A DNA stretch of 32,000 bases from assembly GCF_900095195.1 (NCBI RefSeq), contig NZ_LT606950.1, positions 1,191,946-1,223,945 on the forward strand, written 5' to 3'. Source of the stretch: Polynucleobacter necessarius. Lineage in GTDB: Bacteria > Pseudomonadota > Gammaproteobacteria > Burkholderiales > Burkholderiaceae. Each line of letters opens with the position of its first letter. Position 1 is the stretch's first letter. The notes below the pieces were generated by a model. That model saw only the letters and a list, made by a program, of their open reading frames with translations, ran no database searches and had not been told where the DNA came from. Shown here piece after piece: positions 9,115 to 19,632 of this stretch. A program made the position numbers and the translations under genes.

Positions 9115-11976
9115 ATGTCTGAAAAAGAAAATTTTTATCCCGTTAATCTACTCGATACCGCATTTCCAATGCGGGGTGATCTTGCCAAACGTGAACCGCA
9201 ATGGGTAGCGCAATGGCAAAAAAATAAACTTTACGAAAAGATTCGTGCGGCACACGCAAACCAACCCAAGTTTATTTTGCATGATGGCCCTCCTTATGCA
9301 AACGGCGATATTCATATCGGCCATGCCGTTAACAAAATTTTGAAGGACATGATTGTCAAATCCCGCTGGTTGCTAGGATATGACCCTGCATATGTTCCAG
9401 GCTGGGACTGTCATGGCATGCCGATTGAAATCCAAATTGAGAAGCAATTTGGTAAAAACCTCCCGACAGCAGAAGTGCAAGCCAAAGCCCGCGCCTACGC
9501 CAAGGTACAAGTAGATAAGCAAAAGAAGGACTTCGAGCGTCTGGGCGTTTTGGGCGACTGGAACAATCCCTACCTGACGATGAACTACCGCAACGAGGCG
9601 GATGAAATTCGTGCTCTAGGCAAGATTTGGGAAAAAGGGTATGTCTTTCGCGGCCTAAAACCCGTCAACTGGTGTTTTGATTGCGGATCTGCGCTTGCTG
9701 AAGCCGAAGTTGAGTATCGGGACAAAACTGATCCTACGGTCGATATCGGTTTTGCATTTGATGATGCGCAGCGCCCGCAACTCGCTCAAGCATTTGGAAT
9801 CACAGAACTTCCAAACAAACCAGGTCAAATCGTCATTTGGACCACTACTCCTTGGACTATTCCGGCGAACCAAGCGCTCAATGTTCATCCGGAGCTCAGC
9901 TATGCACTTGTCGATACCGGCGACAAATTACTCATCCTCGCCAAAGATCGCGTAGAAACGTGTTTTCAAGATTACGGTCTCGAGGGCAAAGTGATTGCAA
10001 CCTGTCCTGGCGAAAAACTCGCAAAGATTTCTTTTTGGCATCCGCTTGCTCCACTTCATGATGGCTACAAGCGTTTATCGCCAATTTACCCAGCTGAATA
10101 CGTCACGCTTGATACGGGTACAGGCATCGTTCACTCGGCCCCAGCGTATGGCGAAGAAGACTTTAAATCTTGCAAAGCAAATGGGCTCATTGATAAAGAT
10201 ATCCTGAATCCTGTGATGGGTAATGGTGTTTACGCATCTTGGCTACCGCTCTTCGCTAACGAGTACATCTGGAAAGCCAACCCAAAAGTCGTCGAAGCCA
10301 TGCGGGAAGCGGGCAGCTTATTGCGCGATAAAACGTATACCCACTCTTACATGCATTGTTGGCGTCATAAATCACCCATCATTTATCGCGCTACCTCACA
10401 GTGGTTCGCCAGCATGGATAAGAAGCCATCGGACAGTAAAGCCAGTTTGCGCGAAACCGCTCTAGCGGGAATTGATAAGACGGATTTTTTCCCAGCTTGG
10501 GGCAAGCAACGCTTGCACAGCATGATTGCCAATCGCCCTGATTGGACGCTATCGCGCCAACGCCAATGGGGTGTGCCAATGGCATTTTTTGTTCATAAAG
10601 AAGCTGGCGACCCTCACCCACGCACCGTCGAACTGTTGGAAGAGGTTGCCAAACTCGTTGAAAAAGGCGGCATTGAAGCATGGCAACAACTAGAGGTTGC
10701 TGAATTGCTGGGTGAAGAGGCGTCTCAATACGAAAAGAATCGCGACACATTAGACGTATGGTTTGACTCTGGTACCACGCACTGGCATGTCATTCGCGGC
10801 TCTCATCGAGATGAATTACTAACTACTGATACACAGACGCCAAACGGACGTTTGGCCGATTTATACCTAGAGGGCTCTGATCAGCATCGTGGATGGTTCC
10901 ACTCGTCATTGCTAACTGGGGCGATGCTAGACGGCAAGCCACCCTATAAGGCGCTCCTCACCCACGGCTTTACTGTAGACGGTCAAGGTCGCAAGATGAG
11001 TAAATCCGTGGGCAATGTGATTGCACCACAACAAATTGCCGATAAGCTCGGTGCAGAAATTATTCGCCTATGGGTAGCCTCTACTGACTACTCAGGCGAG
11101 ATGACGATCTCCGATGAAATTCTCAAACGCGTCACTGAAAGCTATCGTCGTATTCGGAATACGCTGCGCTTCTTGCTGGTTAATCTTTCGGATTTTGATC
11201 TGATGAAACACGCCATGCCTACAGACCAATGGCTGGAAATTGATCGTTATGCTGTGGCGCTAGCTAACCAACTACAAAATGACATCGAGGATCACTACAA
11301 GGCCTATGAATTCCATCCAGCAGTAGCCCGTATGCAGACCTTCTGCTCTGAAGACTTGGGCGGCTTTTACTTGGATATTCTGAAAGATCGCCTCTATACG
11401 AGCGGGCCAGACTCCGCCGATCGGAGGGCGGCACAAAATGCGCTGTTCCACGTTACTCGCAACCTATTGAAATGGCTCGCACCATTCCTCTCCTTCACTG
11501 CCGAAGAAGCATGGCAGTCATTCCCGCATGGTTCAGGCACAAAGCCTTCTGAATCGATCTTTATGGAAGGATTTGATGCATTGCCTGTTATCGCCAATGC
11601 CGACGATCTGCTGGCGAAATGGACACGTATTCGTGAAATTCGCTCTGAAATTACTAAGGCAATTGAGATTGAACGTGAAGCTGGCAATGTAGGCTCATCG
11701 TTACAAGCAGAACTCACCATTAAAGTGGGCGACGTTGATTTTGCAATTCTGCATTCACTTGAAAAAGATTTGCGTTTTGTCACCATTACCTCAAGTGCTA
11801 ATATTGCATTAAGCAACGATGGTCTCGAAGTTTTGGTTCGTAGCAGTCAATATAAGAAGTGTGGTCGCTGCTGGCATCACACAAGTGATGTAGGCTCCAA
11901 TGCCGAGCATCCAGATCTTTGTGGACGCTGCATCAGCAATCTCTTTGGCTCTGGCGATCATCGCTTATTTGCCTAG
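9115..11976 (+). CDS. ileS: Isoleucine--tRNA ligase
   Basis: [28 protein letters not shown].., [19 protein letters not shown] (HIGH), [10 protein letters not shown] (KMSKS), and a C-terminal Zn motif CGRCWHH..CGRC. It is 953 aa from ATG 9115. Confidence 0.95.
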   Translation: MSEKENFYPVNLLDTAFPMRGDLAKREPQWVAQWQKNKLYEKIRAAHANQPKFILHDGPPYANGDIHIGHAVNKILKDMIVKSRWLLGYDPAYVPGWDCHGMPIEIQIEKQFGKNLPTAEVQAKARAYAKVQVDKQKKDFERLGVLGDWNNPYLTMNYRNEADEIRALGKIWEKGYVFRGLKPVNWCFDCGSALAEAEVEYRDKTDPTVDIGFAFDDAQRPQLAQAFGITELPNKPGQIVIWTTTPWTIPANQALNVHPELSYALVDTGDKLLILAKDRVETCFQDYGLEGKVIATCPGEKLAKISFWHPLAPLHDGYKRLSPIYPAEYVTLDTGTGIVHSAPAYGEEDFKSCKANGLIDKDILNPVMGNGVYASWLPLFANEYIWKANPKVVEAMREAGSLLRDKTYTHSYMHCWRHKSPIIYRATSQWFASMDKKPSDSKASLRETALAGIDKTDFFPAWGKQRLHSMIANRPDWTLSRQRQWGVPMAFFVHKEAGDPHPRTVELLEEVAKLVEKGGIEAWQQLEVAELLGEEASQYEKNRDTLDVWFDSGTTHWHVIRGSHRDELLTTDTQTPNGRLADLYLEGSDQHRGWFHSSLLTGAMLDGKPPYKALLTHGFTVDGQGRKMSKSVGNVIAPQQIADKLGAEIIRLWVASTDYSGEMTISDEILKRVTESYRRIRNTLRFLLVNLSDFDLMKHAMPTDQWLEIDRYAVALANQLQNDIEDHYKAYEFHPAVARMQTFCSEDLGGFYLDILKDRLYTSGPDSADRRAAQNALFHVTRNLLKWLAPFLSFTAEEAWQSFPHGSGTKPSESIFMEGFDALPVIANADDLLAKWTRIREIRSEITKAIEIEREAGNVGSSLQAELTIKVGDVDFAILHSLEKDLRFVTITSSANIALSNDGLEVLVRSSQYKKCGRCWHHTSDVGSNAEHPDLCGRCISNLFGSGDHRLFA

Positions 11977-11987
11977 TATAGGTTGAT

Positions 11988-12476
11988 GTGAGCCCACTAA
12001 TGCTGCGTTACCTTGCCATTGCAACAATGACTTTATTACTTGATCAGCTGAGTAAATGGTCAGCTTTAAGCTATCTGCAATTGGGTATGCCAGAGCCCGT
12101 ATTGCCTTTCATGAATTGGCTTCTGCTTTTCAATCCTGGTGCGGCATTTTCTTTCTTGGCACAAGGATCGGGTTGGCAACGCTGGTTTTTTACTATTCTC
12201 GGCCTGGTAGCAAGCATTTATATCCTGATTCTGCTGCGCAAAAATCTTTCTGAAAAATTGCTATGCATCGCACTTAGTCTCATTCTGGGAGGCGCCCTTG
12301 GCAATGGTTTAGATCGCATCATGTATGGCGCAGTAGTGGACTTTATCGATCTTCATTACGGCAATTGGCATTGGCCAGCATTTAATATTGCCGATAGCGC
12401 GATCTGCATCGGAGCGGCACTCATTATTTTGGGCGAACTTCGCAAAGCATTTGGCAAATCCACTCATTCCCATTAA
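11988..12476 (+). CDS. lspA: Lipoprotein signal peptidase II
   Basis: ..LLLDQLSKW..FNPGAAFSFL..GGALGNGLDR..VVDFID..FNIADSAI. The start is either GTG 11988 or ATG 12000. Confidence 0.92.
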   Translation: MSPLMLRYLAIATMTLLLDQLSKWSALSYLQLGMPEPVLPFMNWLLLFNPGAAFSFLAQGSGWQRWFFTILGLVASIYILILLRKNLSEKLLCIALSLILGGALGNGLDRIMYGAVVDFIDLHYGNWHWPAFNIADSAICIGAALIILGELRKAFGKSTHSH

Positions 12477-12485
12477 GCTGGCGCC

Positions 12486-13697
12486 ATGCAATCACTTTTA
12501 AATAAGAAAATCGTTCTCGGGATCTCTGGTGGCATCGCCGCCTATAAAACCCCTGAACTCGCCCGCTTATTAATGCAAGAAGGCGCCTCTGTTCAAGTGG
12601 TGATGACGGAGGCTGCTCAGCAATTTGTGACGCCTGTAACCATGCAAGCACTTACAGGAAATCCGGTGTTTACAAGTCAATGGGATAGCTCTGTTGCAAA
12701 TAATATGGCCCACATTGAACTATCCCGCTCAGCCGATGCTATTTTTATTGCGCCAACGAGCGCAGATCTCATGGCAAAACTCTCGCTCGGCTTAGCCGAC
12801 GATTTATTGAGCACATTGTGCCTAGCAAGAGGTTGCTCTTTACTCCTTGCTCCCGCTATGAATAAGCAAATGTGGGAACATGCTGCAACCCAGCGAAGTG
12901 TGGAACGGCTTGAAAAAGATGGTATTGCGCTACTTGGTCCGGCAAGCGGTTTTCAAGCTTGTGGTGAAGTCGGCATGGGCCGAATGCTCGAGCCCGCAGA
13001 AATTGCAGAACAAGTTGTGGCTTTCTTTCAGAAAAAAACGCTACGTGGTAAAAAAGTGATGATTACCGCTGGCCCCACCTTTGAAACAATTGACCCAGTT
13101 CGTGGCATCACCAATCACAGCTCAGGAAAGATGGGTTTTGCGATTGCTAAAGCTGCCCTGGAAGCAGGCGCAGACGTACATTTAATTGCTGGTCCATGCA
13201 ATTTACCAACGCCACTGGAGACTACCGGGAAAATTATTCGTACAAACGTTGTAAGTGCCAAGGAAATGCATGCCGCCGCTCTGAGCGCTGCAGATTGTGA
13301 CGTATTTCTTGCGGTAGCAGCAGTTGCTGACTGGGGTATTGCCAAGCCCTCTAAAAACAAGATTAAGCGCCAAGGCAATACGGCACCCAACATTGAATTT
13401 ATCGCGAACCCAGACATTCTCTTGGGTGTTGCCAAGACGGTTAAGGCCAAGGCAGGCAAACCCTATCCATATTGCGTGGGCTTTGCCGCTGAATCTACAG
13501 ATCTTGAAAAACATGCCGATGAAAAACGCAAGCGTAAAGGCGTTCCGATGATTGTCGGCAATATCGGCCCAGATACATTTGGTAGCGACCTGAATCAGCT
13601 TCTGGTAATTGATGACCGCGGCAGCAAAAAATTGGCCAAAGCGGAAAAATTACATCTTGCACGTCAATTGATTCAGCTGATTGCCAAAAACATTTAA
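12486..13697 (+). CDS. coaBC: Bifunctional phosphopantothenoylcysteine decarboxylase / phosphopantothenate-cysteine ligase
   Basis: A 403-aa ORF: [59 protein letters not shown]. Confidence 0.95.
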   Translation: MQSLLNKKIVLGISGGIAAYKTPELARLLMQEGASVQVVMTEAAQQFVTPVTMQALTGNPVFTSQWDSSVANNMAHIELSRSADAIFIAPTSADLMAKLSLGLADDLLSTLCLARGCSLLLAPAMNKQMWEHAATQRSVERLEKDGIALLGPASGFQACGEVGMGRMLEPAEIAEQVVAFFQKKTLRGKKVMITAGPTFETIDPVRGITNHSSGKMGFAIAKAALEAGADVHLIAGPCNLPTPLETTGKIIRTNVVSAKEMHAAALSAADCDVFLAVAAVADWGIAKPSKNKIKRQGNTAPNIEFIANPDILLGVAKTVKAKAGKPYPYCVGFAAESTDLEKHADEKRKRKGVPMIVGNIGPDTFGSDLNQLLVIDDRGSKKLAKAEKLHLARQLIQLIAKNI

Positions 13698-13738
13698 GCA
13701 TCACCCTTCTATTGATATTCTCCGTTTTAGGAAATTCT

Positions 13739-14178
13739 ATGCAATCTTTACAAGTCAAAATTCTCGATGAGCGCATGCGCAATCAATTGCCAACGTATGG
13801 CACTCCAGGTAGTGTAGGGCTTGATTTACGCGCTTGCATTGATGAGGCGATTGAGATTGCGCCGGGCCAAACTGTATTGGTTCCTACGGGCTTAGCGATC
13901 TATATTGAAGATCCACGCTATGCGGCGTTTATTCTTCCGCGCTCAATAAGCATGGGATCGTCTTTGGCAACTTAGTCGGCTTAATTGACTCGGACTATCA
14001 GGGGCAACTGATGGTGAGCACCTGGAACCGAGGTGCCACACCATTCAAACTCGAACCCATGGAATGCCTTGCACAATTAGTTGTGATGCCTACTCAACAA
14101 GTAGGACTCAAAGTAGTGGAAGAGTTTACTGAAAGCGGTCGCGGTGCTGGTGGCTTTGGAAGTACTGGTAGGGCTTAG
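13739..14178 (+). pseudogene. dut: dUTP diphosphatase, inactivated by a ~10-nt deletion and frameshift
   Basis: From ATG 13739: [45 protein letters not shown], then the frame breaks at ~13945/13946. The rest, [45 protein letters not shown] (to 14178), is in another frame. Compared with the canonical LPRSGLGHKHGIV, the GLG codons plus one nt are missing. Confidence 0.85.
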
Positions 14179-14184
14179 GGTTTC

Positions 14185-15542
14185 TTACTCTTTGAGCTTG
14201 ATTGGGATATTTAAGATTTTTATCTTCAACAGCAATACTGCATTTAAAAATCGGAAATATGCCGCTTCTTCAGAAATTGGTACGCCAGCATCAATTGCGC
14301 GAGTGTTGATCTCATCTAATCGGCGTAGCATATCATGCCTGTCTTGCTCAGAGATGCCTTGGTGTTGTAGCTTTTGCTCCATCTCCAAAAGCTCTCTGTA
14401 ATGTGGAATCTCCCGCAAATTAAAGCGAAATTTCCTGAAATGGACATTGAGCTTGGATAATGGATAAAGCAAGGCAAATATCGTTAGCAGCAATAGCCAA
14501 GAACGATCGATAAATCCAGCAAGCTAATAAGGTAGATACTTCATGGCATGTGGCGGCCCATAGTTATAGAAATGCTCAGCTACTGGACTGATCGGAATAG
14601 ATGGATCAAGGTATGCTGGAAACTCATCCCGCTTCGCAAAAAATAGATTTGGAGAACTGCGATTTGCATCTCTAGCAGCTATCAAAATTGCCAACTGCAA
14701 ATCTGGGTGCGTTGATTTTTTTACTACCAAACTAGTAGTGGTGGCTAGCAAAGTGACCTCTTTTTGAGGCATCTGTTTTGCGATATTAATGGAGTCTGCC
14801 GGCAAAACCAGGGTTACAAGAGAATTGATCTGCTTCGAGTAAGCTGTCGCATTTTTAAAATCAAACACAGCGCTACTCTAAAATTCCAATAAATCTTTAT
14901 CACTGGATCTAGATTAGTAGGTACGAGAATAACGCCATCTAACTCACCACTCTTAAACCTTTTTTGATTTTGTTCGGCGCTATCTGATAAGAAATTTTGG
15001 TTACCCTCCAACCGAATACCGGTAATCTCAAAGATTTTTTTTGCTACTTGGTATGAGCTGCTATTCGCAGGCCAAAGCCCTATTTTGAATAGGGCTAGCC
15101 CACGCAATGTCTTAATTTCGCCAATTTTATTTTTGTTATAAATAATCCAAACAGGCTCATAACCTACGCTACCTAGGGAATATATACCTTCAAGCTGTGC
15201 CTTATCCAGAGCCATACCATAGGTAAAGCCAGCGCTAGCCTCATCATTCGCATCATTCAAGCGCTTGGCGTTTTCTACGGCACCTTCGGTGTAAATCACT
15301 GATAGCTCTATTCCATCGTCTTTTAATATCTTTGCCGCGGAGTCCGCCAAAGAAACCCAATAAGAGCCTTGGTAGCCAGTTAAAAAGTAAATATTTCTAT
15401 CAGGAAATGGTCTCAAGTAGATCAACTATCCTGCGATAGCAATAGCTAATAGGATTGCAAGGGCTTTTGACTCCCGAATTTCCTCCTTGAAGGCTCGAAC
15501 CTCATCGCGTAAGACTTGCTTTATGTAGCCGATAGTATTTTT
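14185..15542 (-). pseudogene. Membrane-anchored TAXI-family (TRAP-type) solute-binding protein-like gene, multiply disrupted
   Basis: Three track ORFs (14814-15425, 14524-14868, 14185-14493) are collinear pieces of one gene. There are in-frame TAG codons at 15426-15428 (..AIAIAG*LIYLRPFP), 14878-14880 (DLLEF*SSAVFDF) and 14524-14526 (KYLPY*LAGFIDRSW), a frameshift at ~14893-14900, and no start codon upstream of ..KKNTIGYIKQVLRDE. The family assignment is from memory of homologs (..LLATTxSLV..HP.L....SP.AE.yY..GPP....YLPyW). Confidence 0.65.
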
Positions 15543-15580
15543 CTTATTCTATCTTGCCAATCTGGCGATAGTTAAAAACG

Positions 15581-15606
15581 AAAAAAGCCACGCAAAGGTG
15601 GCCTTT
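15581..15606 (-). terminator. Rho-independent terminator after the Hc1-like gene
   Basis: The minus strand reads aggccac-ctttgc-gtggctt followed by a T-run, immediately after the stop codon. Confidence 0.55.
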
Positions 15607-15857
15607 TAACCCCAATAAACTGTATTACTTTCGAATGTGCGCTTTACGTGAGCATCTTGCGACATGCCTACACCAGCACCTTCACGGGATTCTTTTTCTG
15701 CACTAATTTCTTTACGGCGCTCTTTACAAGATCCTGCGATTTCTTGCAACGCTTTACGAGCCCTAGCAGCAGATGCCTTAATTCCTTTACCAAGAAGCTT
15801 TTCATTTTCTGCTTTGTACGTTTCAAAAGATTCCAGCAATTTATCGTGATGGGACAT
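15606..15857 (-). CDS. Small basic protein resembling histone H1-like Hc1 nucleoid proteins (tentative)
   Basis: An 83-aa ORF: ..KLLESFETYKAENEKLLGKGIKASAARARKALQEIAGSCKERRKEISAEKE resembles the Hc1 N-terminal domain pattern. It has an SD-like aaggaaa upstream and a terminator downstream. It lacks a Lys/Ala-rich tail. Confidence 0.45.
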   Translation of the reverse strand: MSHHDKLLESFETYKAENEKLLGKGIKASAARARKALQEIAGSCKERRKEISAEKESREGAGVGMSQDAHVKRTFESNTVYWG

Positions 15858-15896
15858 AGTTTTCCTTTTAAATCAATCAGAGTCGTAAATGCTTTT

Positions 15897-18203
15897 TTAA
15901 ATTTCCTCTACTGGTGCTACATCGACCTTTGCTGTCTTTCCAGGCAACTTAGGTACATCAAAACTCAGCTGCACTTTGCCGTCTTCGTCGATGTCAACAT
16001 CTACATGACCACCCTGAGCTAACTTGCCAAAAAGTAGCTCGTCCGCAAGAGCTTTGCGTACCGTATCTTGGATGATCCGTTGCATTGGACGCGCTCCCAT
16101 GAGCGGATCAAAGCCGTGTTTCGCCAGGTGGGCGCGAAGTGCAGGACTGAAAGTGGCATCAACTTTTTTCTCATGCAACTGCTCTTCTAGCTGCATTAAG
16201 AATTTATCAACCACGCGCATGATGATGGTTTCATCCAACGCCTTGAAGGAGACGATGGCATCTAAGCGATTGCGGAATTCTGGTGTAAAGAATTTCTTGA
16301 TGTCAGCCATCTCATCACCTGACTCACGAGCGTTGGTAAAGCCAATTGTTGACTTTTGCATAGCCTCAGCACCAGCGTTGGTAGTCATGATGATGATGAC
16401 ATTACGGAAATCAGTCTTACGCCCGTTGTTATCAGTCAACGTGCCATGATCCATAACCTGCAGAAGAATGTTGAAAATATCTGGATGTGCTTTTTCAATC
16501 TCATCGAGCAGCAGCACGCAATGTGGCTTCTTATTCACCGCCTCTGTTAACAGGCCACCTTGATCAAATCCAACATAACCCGGAGGCGCGCCAATCAAGC
16601 GACTTACAGCATGACGCTCCATGTACTCCGACATGTCAAAGCGCAACAGCTCGATGCCCATAATGTATGCGAGCTGTTTGGCTACCTCGGTCTTGCCAAC
16701 ACCCGTTGGACCAGAGAATAAGAAGGATCCGATTGGACGACCCACTTTACCAAGGCCAGCGCGAGTCATCTTAATGGCACTCGCCAAAGCCTCAATAGCA
16801 GGATCCTGACCAAACACCACACTCTTAATGTCGCGATCAAGTGTTTGTAACTTACTACGGTCATCCACTGTGACAGACTGTGGCGGAATGCGCGCAATCT
16901 TAGCCACAATCTCTTCGATCTCTGGGCGGCCTATGGTTTTCTTCTGCTTTGATTTTGGCAAGATGCGTTGCGCGGCACCAGCTTCATCGATGACGTCAAT
17001 TGCTTTATCCGGTAGGTGACGGTCATTGATGTAACGGGCCGATAACTCAGCGGCTGCAACCAGCGCACCAGCCGCATACTTAACGCTATGGTGTTCCTCA
17101 AAACGCGATTTCAGGCCGCGCAAAATCTGCACAGTCTGGTCAACAGTCGGCTCAACCACATCCACCTTCTGGAAACGACGCGATAGCGCAGCATCTTTTT
17201 CAAAGATACCGCGGTATTCAGTAAAGGTTGTGGCGCCGATACATTTCAGCTGTCCATTTGATAGGGCAGGTTTCAATAAATTGCTGGCATCCAATGTTCC
17301 ACCAGATGCGGCACCTGCTCCAATCAGCGCATGAATCTCATCGATAAATAAAATGCCATGCGCATGATCTTTTAAGGATTTAAGAACGCTTTTCAAGCGC
17401 TGCTCAAAATCACCGCGGTATTTAGTACCCGCAAGTAATGCGCCCATATCCAATGAATAGACGGTAGCATTAGCCAAAATCTCAGGCACATCGCCTTTCA
17501 CAATTCTCCAGGCCAAACCTTCAGCAATGGCGGTCTTGCCCACACCTGCCTCGCCAACTAGCAAAGGGTTGTTTTTACGGCGACGGCAAAGCACTTGAAT
17601 CACGCGTTCCACCTCGCTCTCGCGACCAATCAATGGATCAATTTTTCCTTGACGCGCCATGGCATTGAGATTTTGCGTGTACTGATCTAACGGACTTTCT
17701 TTTTCGGTAGATGCAGCCTCTTCAGTTTCTTGAGTAGCGTCGACTGGCTTTACGTGCTCGGCTTGATCTTTGCGAACGCCGTGACTAATAAAGTTCACGA
17801 CATCTAAACGCGTCACACCTTGTTGTTGCAAGAAATACACTGCGTGGGAATCTTTTTCACCAAAGATAGCCACTAGCACGTTAGCACCAGTGACTTCTTT
17901 TTTACCATTTGAAGTAGATTGGACGTGCATGATCGCACGCTGAATTACTCTTTGGAATCCCAGAGTGGGCTGCGTATCTACTTCATCATTACCAGGCACT
18001 ACTGGAGTGTTGTTATTAATAAAGTTCTTGAGCTGAGCCCACAACTCTGCGATGTTGACAGCACAAGCCTTAAGTACCTCTACGGCTGTAGCATTGTCGA
18101 GCAATGCGGCTAGTAAGTGCTCTACGGTAATGAATTCATGTCGAGATGCCCGCGCGTCAACAAACGCCATATGCAAACTAACCTCAAGTTCTTGGGCAAT
18201 CAT
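15897..18203 (-). CDS. clpA: ATP-dependent Clp protease ATP-binding subunit ClpA
   Basis: [31 protein letters not shown].., with two AAA+ modules ([10 protein letters not shown]; [15 protein letters not shown]). ATG at 18203 overlaps the clpS TGA (ATGA). Confidence 0.95.
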   Translation of the reverse strand: MIAQELEVSLHMAFVDARASRHEFITVEHLLAALLDNATAVEVLKACAVNIAELWAQLKNFINNNTPVVPGNDEVDTQPTLGFQRVIQRAIMHVQSTSNGKKEVTGANVLVAIFGEKDSHAVYFLQQQGVTRLDVVNFISHGVRKDQAEHVKPVDATQETEEAASTEKESPLDQYTQNLNAMARQGKIDPLIGRESEVERVIQVLCRRRKNNPLLVGEAGVGKTAIAEGLAWRIVKGDVPEILANATVYSLDMGALLAGTKYRGDFEQRLKSVLKSLKDHAHGILFIDEIHALIGAGAASGGTLDASNLLKPALSNGQLKCIGATTFTEYRGIFEKDAALSRRFQKVDVVEPTVDQTVQILRGLKSRFEEHHSVKYAAGALVAAAELSARYINDRHLPDKAIDVIDEAGAAQRILPKSKQKKTIGRPEIEEIVAKIARIPPQSVTVDDRSKLQTLDRDIKSVVFGQDPAIEALASAIKMTRAGLGKVGRPIGSFLFSGPTGVGKTEVAKQLAYIMGIELLRFDMSEYMERHAVSRLIGAPPGYVGFDQGGLLTEAVNKKPHCVLLLDEIEKAHPDIFNILLQVMDHGTLTDNNGRKTDFRNVIIIMTTNAGAEAMQKSTIGFTNARESGDEMADIKKFFTPEFRNRLDAIVSFKALDETIIMRVVDKFLMQLEEQLHEKKVDATFSPALRAHLAKHGFDPLMGARPMQRIIQDTVRKALADELLFGKLAQGGHVDVDIDEDGKVQLSFDVPKLPGKTAKVDVAPVEEI

Positions 18204-18547
18204 GCTTCCTCCATAGTGCACTGTAGTGGGTGACCCGCTTCACGAGATAATTCAATAACCTGATGCACCTTGGTGGCAGCAACGTCGCGAGTGAAGATTC
18301 CGCAAACGCCTTTTCCAACGAGATGAACTTGCAACATGATGCGTGTAGCTGTTTCGTGATCTTTATTGAAATACTCCTGAATAACCATCACCACAAACTC
18401 CATCGGCGTGTAATCGTCATTCAGTAGTAAAACTTTGTACATTGATGGAGCCTTAACTTGCTCGACCTGTTTTTCGAGCAGAAGGGTGTCCTCAATATAA
18501 GGATTGGCGGGGATGCCAGTAGTGGGATTTTTAGGTGTGCGACTCAT
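18200..18547 (-). CDS. clpS: ATP-dependent Clp protease adaptor ClpS
   Basis: ..[60 protein letters not shown]... The start could be ATG 18547, ATG 18556 or GTG 18565. Confidence 0.92.
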   Translation of the reverse strand: MSRTPKNPTTGIPANPYIEDTLLLEKQVEQVKAPSMYKVLLLNDDYTPMEFVVMVIQEYFNKDHETATRIMLQVHLVGKGVCGIFTRDVAATKVHQVIELSREAGHPLQCTMEEA

Positions 18548-18691
18548 GAGAAACATTCTAAACACAGATATCTAAATTTGATTTGAGCGGGGTCTTGTTG
18601 CGAAAAACCCTCAAAAACCCTGGTTTCTCCCATATTGGGGCGTTTTTCACCAAAAAAGGGGTATTTCCTAAGGGTATGCATGCATAACTCC

Positions 18692-18720
18692 TTGACACCC
18701 CTACAAAAAGGGCAAACAAT
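18692..18720 (+). promoter_or_regulatory. Candidate sigma70 promoter for cspA (TTGACA-17-AACAAT)
   Basis: ttgaca at 18692-18697, a 17-nt spacer, and aacaat at 18715-18720. This would give a ~105-nt leader, a length typical of cold-shock gene leaders. Motif match only. Confidence 0.35.
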
Positions 18721-18830
18721 TAGGGGGTAGGTTTCAAATGATGTTCTATTTAGGCGTGTTGTGGATTGAGGCTGATTAAAAAGTATTTACCCTCATCACG
18801 GTTGTTTTAAGTTTATGTAATGGAGTTCGC

Positions 18831-19034
18831 ATGGCGACCGGAATTGTTAAGTGGTTCAATGATGCAAAAGGTTTTGGTTTTATCAAACCCGATGATGGTG
18901 AAGAAGAATTGTTTGCGCATTTCAGCGCAATTACAATGCCTGGGTTCAAGACCCTCAAGGAAAACCAAAAGGTAACATTTGATGTTACTCAAGGCCCTAA
19001 AGGCAAACAAGCTACCAATATCCAAGCGGCTTAA
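18831..19034 (+). CDS. cspA: Cold-shock protein (CspA family)
   Basis: [34 protein letters not shown].. (RNP1/RNP2 motifs), 67 aa. Confidence 0.95.
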   Translation: MATGIVKWFNDAKGFGFIKPDDGEEELFAHFSAITMPGFKTLKENQKVTFDVTQGPKGKQATNIQAA

Positions 19035-19055
19035 TAGTCCTTAGATCATTATGGA

Positions 19056-19086
19056 AAACCCGGGATTTGTTCCTGGGTTTTTTTTC
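19056..19086 (+). terminator. Rho-independent terminator after cspA
   Basis: aacccggga-tttgt-tcctgggtt followed by a T8 run. Confidence 0.8.
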
Positions 19087-19118
19087 GCCCGTAATTTGCT
19101 TCACTTAAAATCATACCC

Positions 19119-19574
19119 ATGCCTACCTACAAAATTTTGCTACTCAAAGTCTTTGCCTTCATTCTGGCTTTATGTCCGATAGTCATTTGGGCTCAGGTCA
19201 ACACCGGACTTCCAACCATTGAACTTAAAACAGGTATTTACCGCATTCAAGCGGAACTGGCGGACACCCCAAAGACAAGGGAAATAGGTTTAATGAATCG
19301 CACAAGCATGCCCGTTAATTCAGGAATGCTGTTTATCTCTGAGCAAAAGGCGGGGCATTGTTTTTGGATGAACAATACGAAGATTCCGCTATCGATTGCA
19401 TTCATCACCGATGATGGCAAGATTGTGAATATCGAAGAAATGCAAGCGGAGACCACCAATAATCACTGCCCCAAAGCAGCGGTGCGCTATACCCTAGAGA
19501 TGAACAAACAGTGGTTCTCTGAAAGAGTGATCGTACCTGGTAGCGTAATTACAGGCCTACCAAAGCGACAATGA
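19119..19574 (+). CDS. DUF192-domain secreted protein
   Basis: N-terminal signal peptide, then GLMNRTSMPVNSGMLF..FWMNNTKIPLSIAFITDDGKIVNI, which is the DUF192 pattern. Confidence 0.8.
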   Translation: MPTYKILLLKVFAFILALCPIVIWAQVNTGLPTIELKTGIYRIQAELADTPKTREIGLMNRTSMPVNSGMLFISEQKAGHCFWMNNTKIPLSIAFITDDGKIVNIEEMQAETTNNHCPKAAVRYTLEMNKQWFSERVIVPGSVITGLPKRQ

Positions 19575-19589
19575 TCAGATAGGCAAATA

Positions 19590-19616
19590 AAAAGCAGACC
19601 TCGGTCTGCTTTTTAT
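19590..19616. terminator. Bidirectional terminator between the DUF192 gene and ppnP
   Basis: aaaa-agcagacc-tc-ggtctgct-ttttatt. The hairpin is flanked by A- and T-runs. Confidence 0.7.
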
Positions 19617-19632
19617 TTGGGAGTAATTTAAC

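Noticed and set aside
8173-11976. Interpretation of the 1267-aa ORF as an evolved, purposeful bifunctional RibF-IleS enzyme
   Set aside because: The junction is only four codons with no linker, and the ileS ATG is preserved. A shifted frame gives a stop overlapping that ATG, and slippage-prone runs lie just upstream. Stop loss in an eroding genome is the more economical explanation. This is kept as a finding rather than called a designed fusion.
13115-13782. Minus-strand ORFs of 95-114 aa
   Set aside because: They are antisense to intact coaBC.
14455-14480. Two adjacent DnaA-box-like 9-mers (ttatccatt, ttatccaag on the minus strand)
   Set aside because: Each matches only 7/9 of TTATCCACA. 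They lie inside a decaying coding region, with no AT-rich unwinding element or dnaA/dnaN context. This is most likely chance.
16024-18113. + strand ORFs of 62-141 aa
   Set aside because: They are antisense to clpA.
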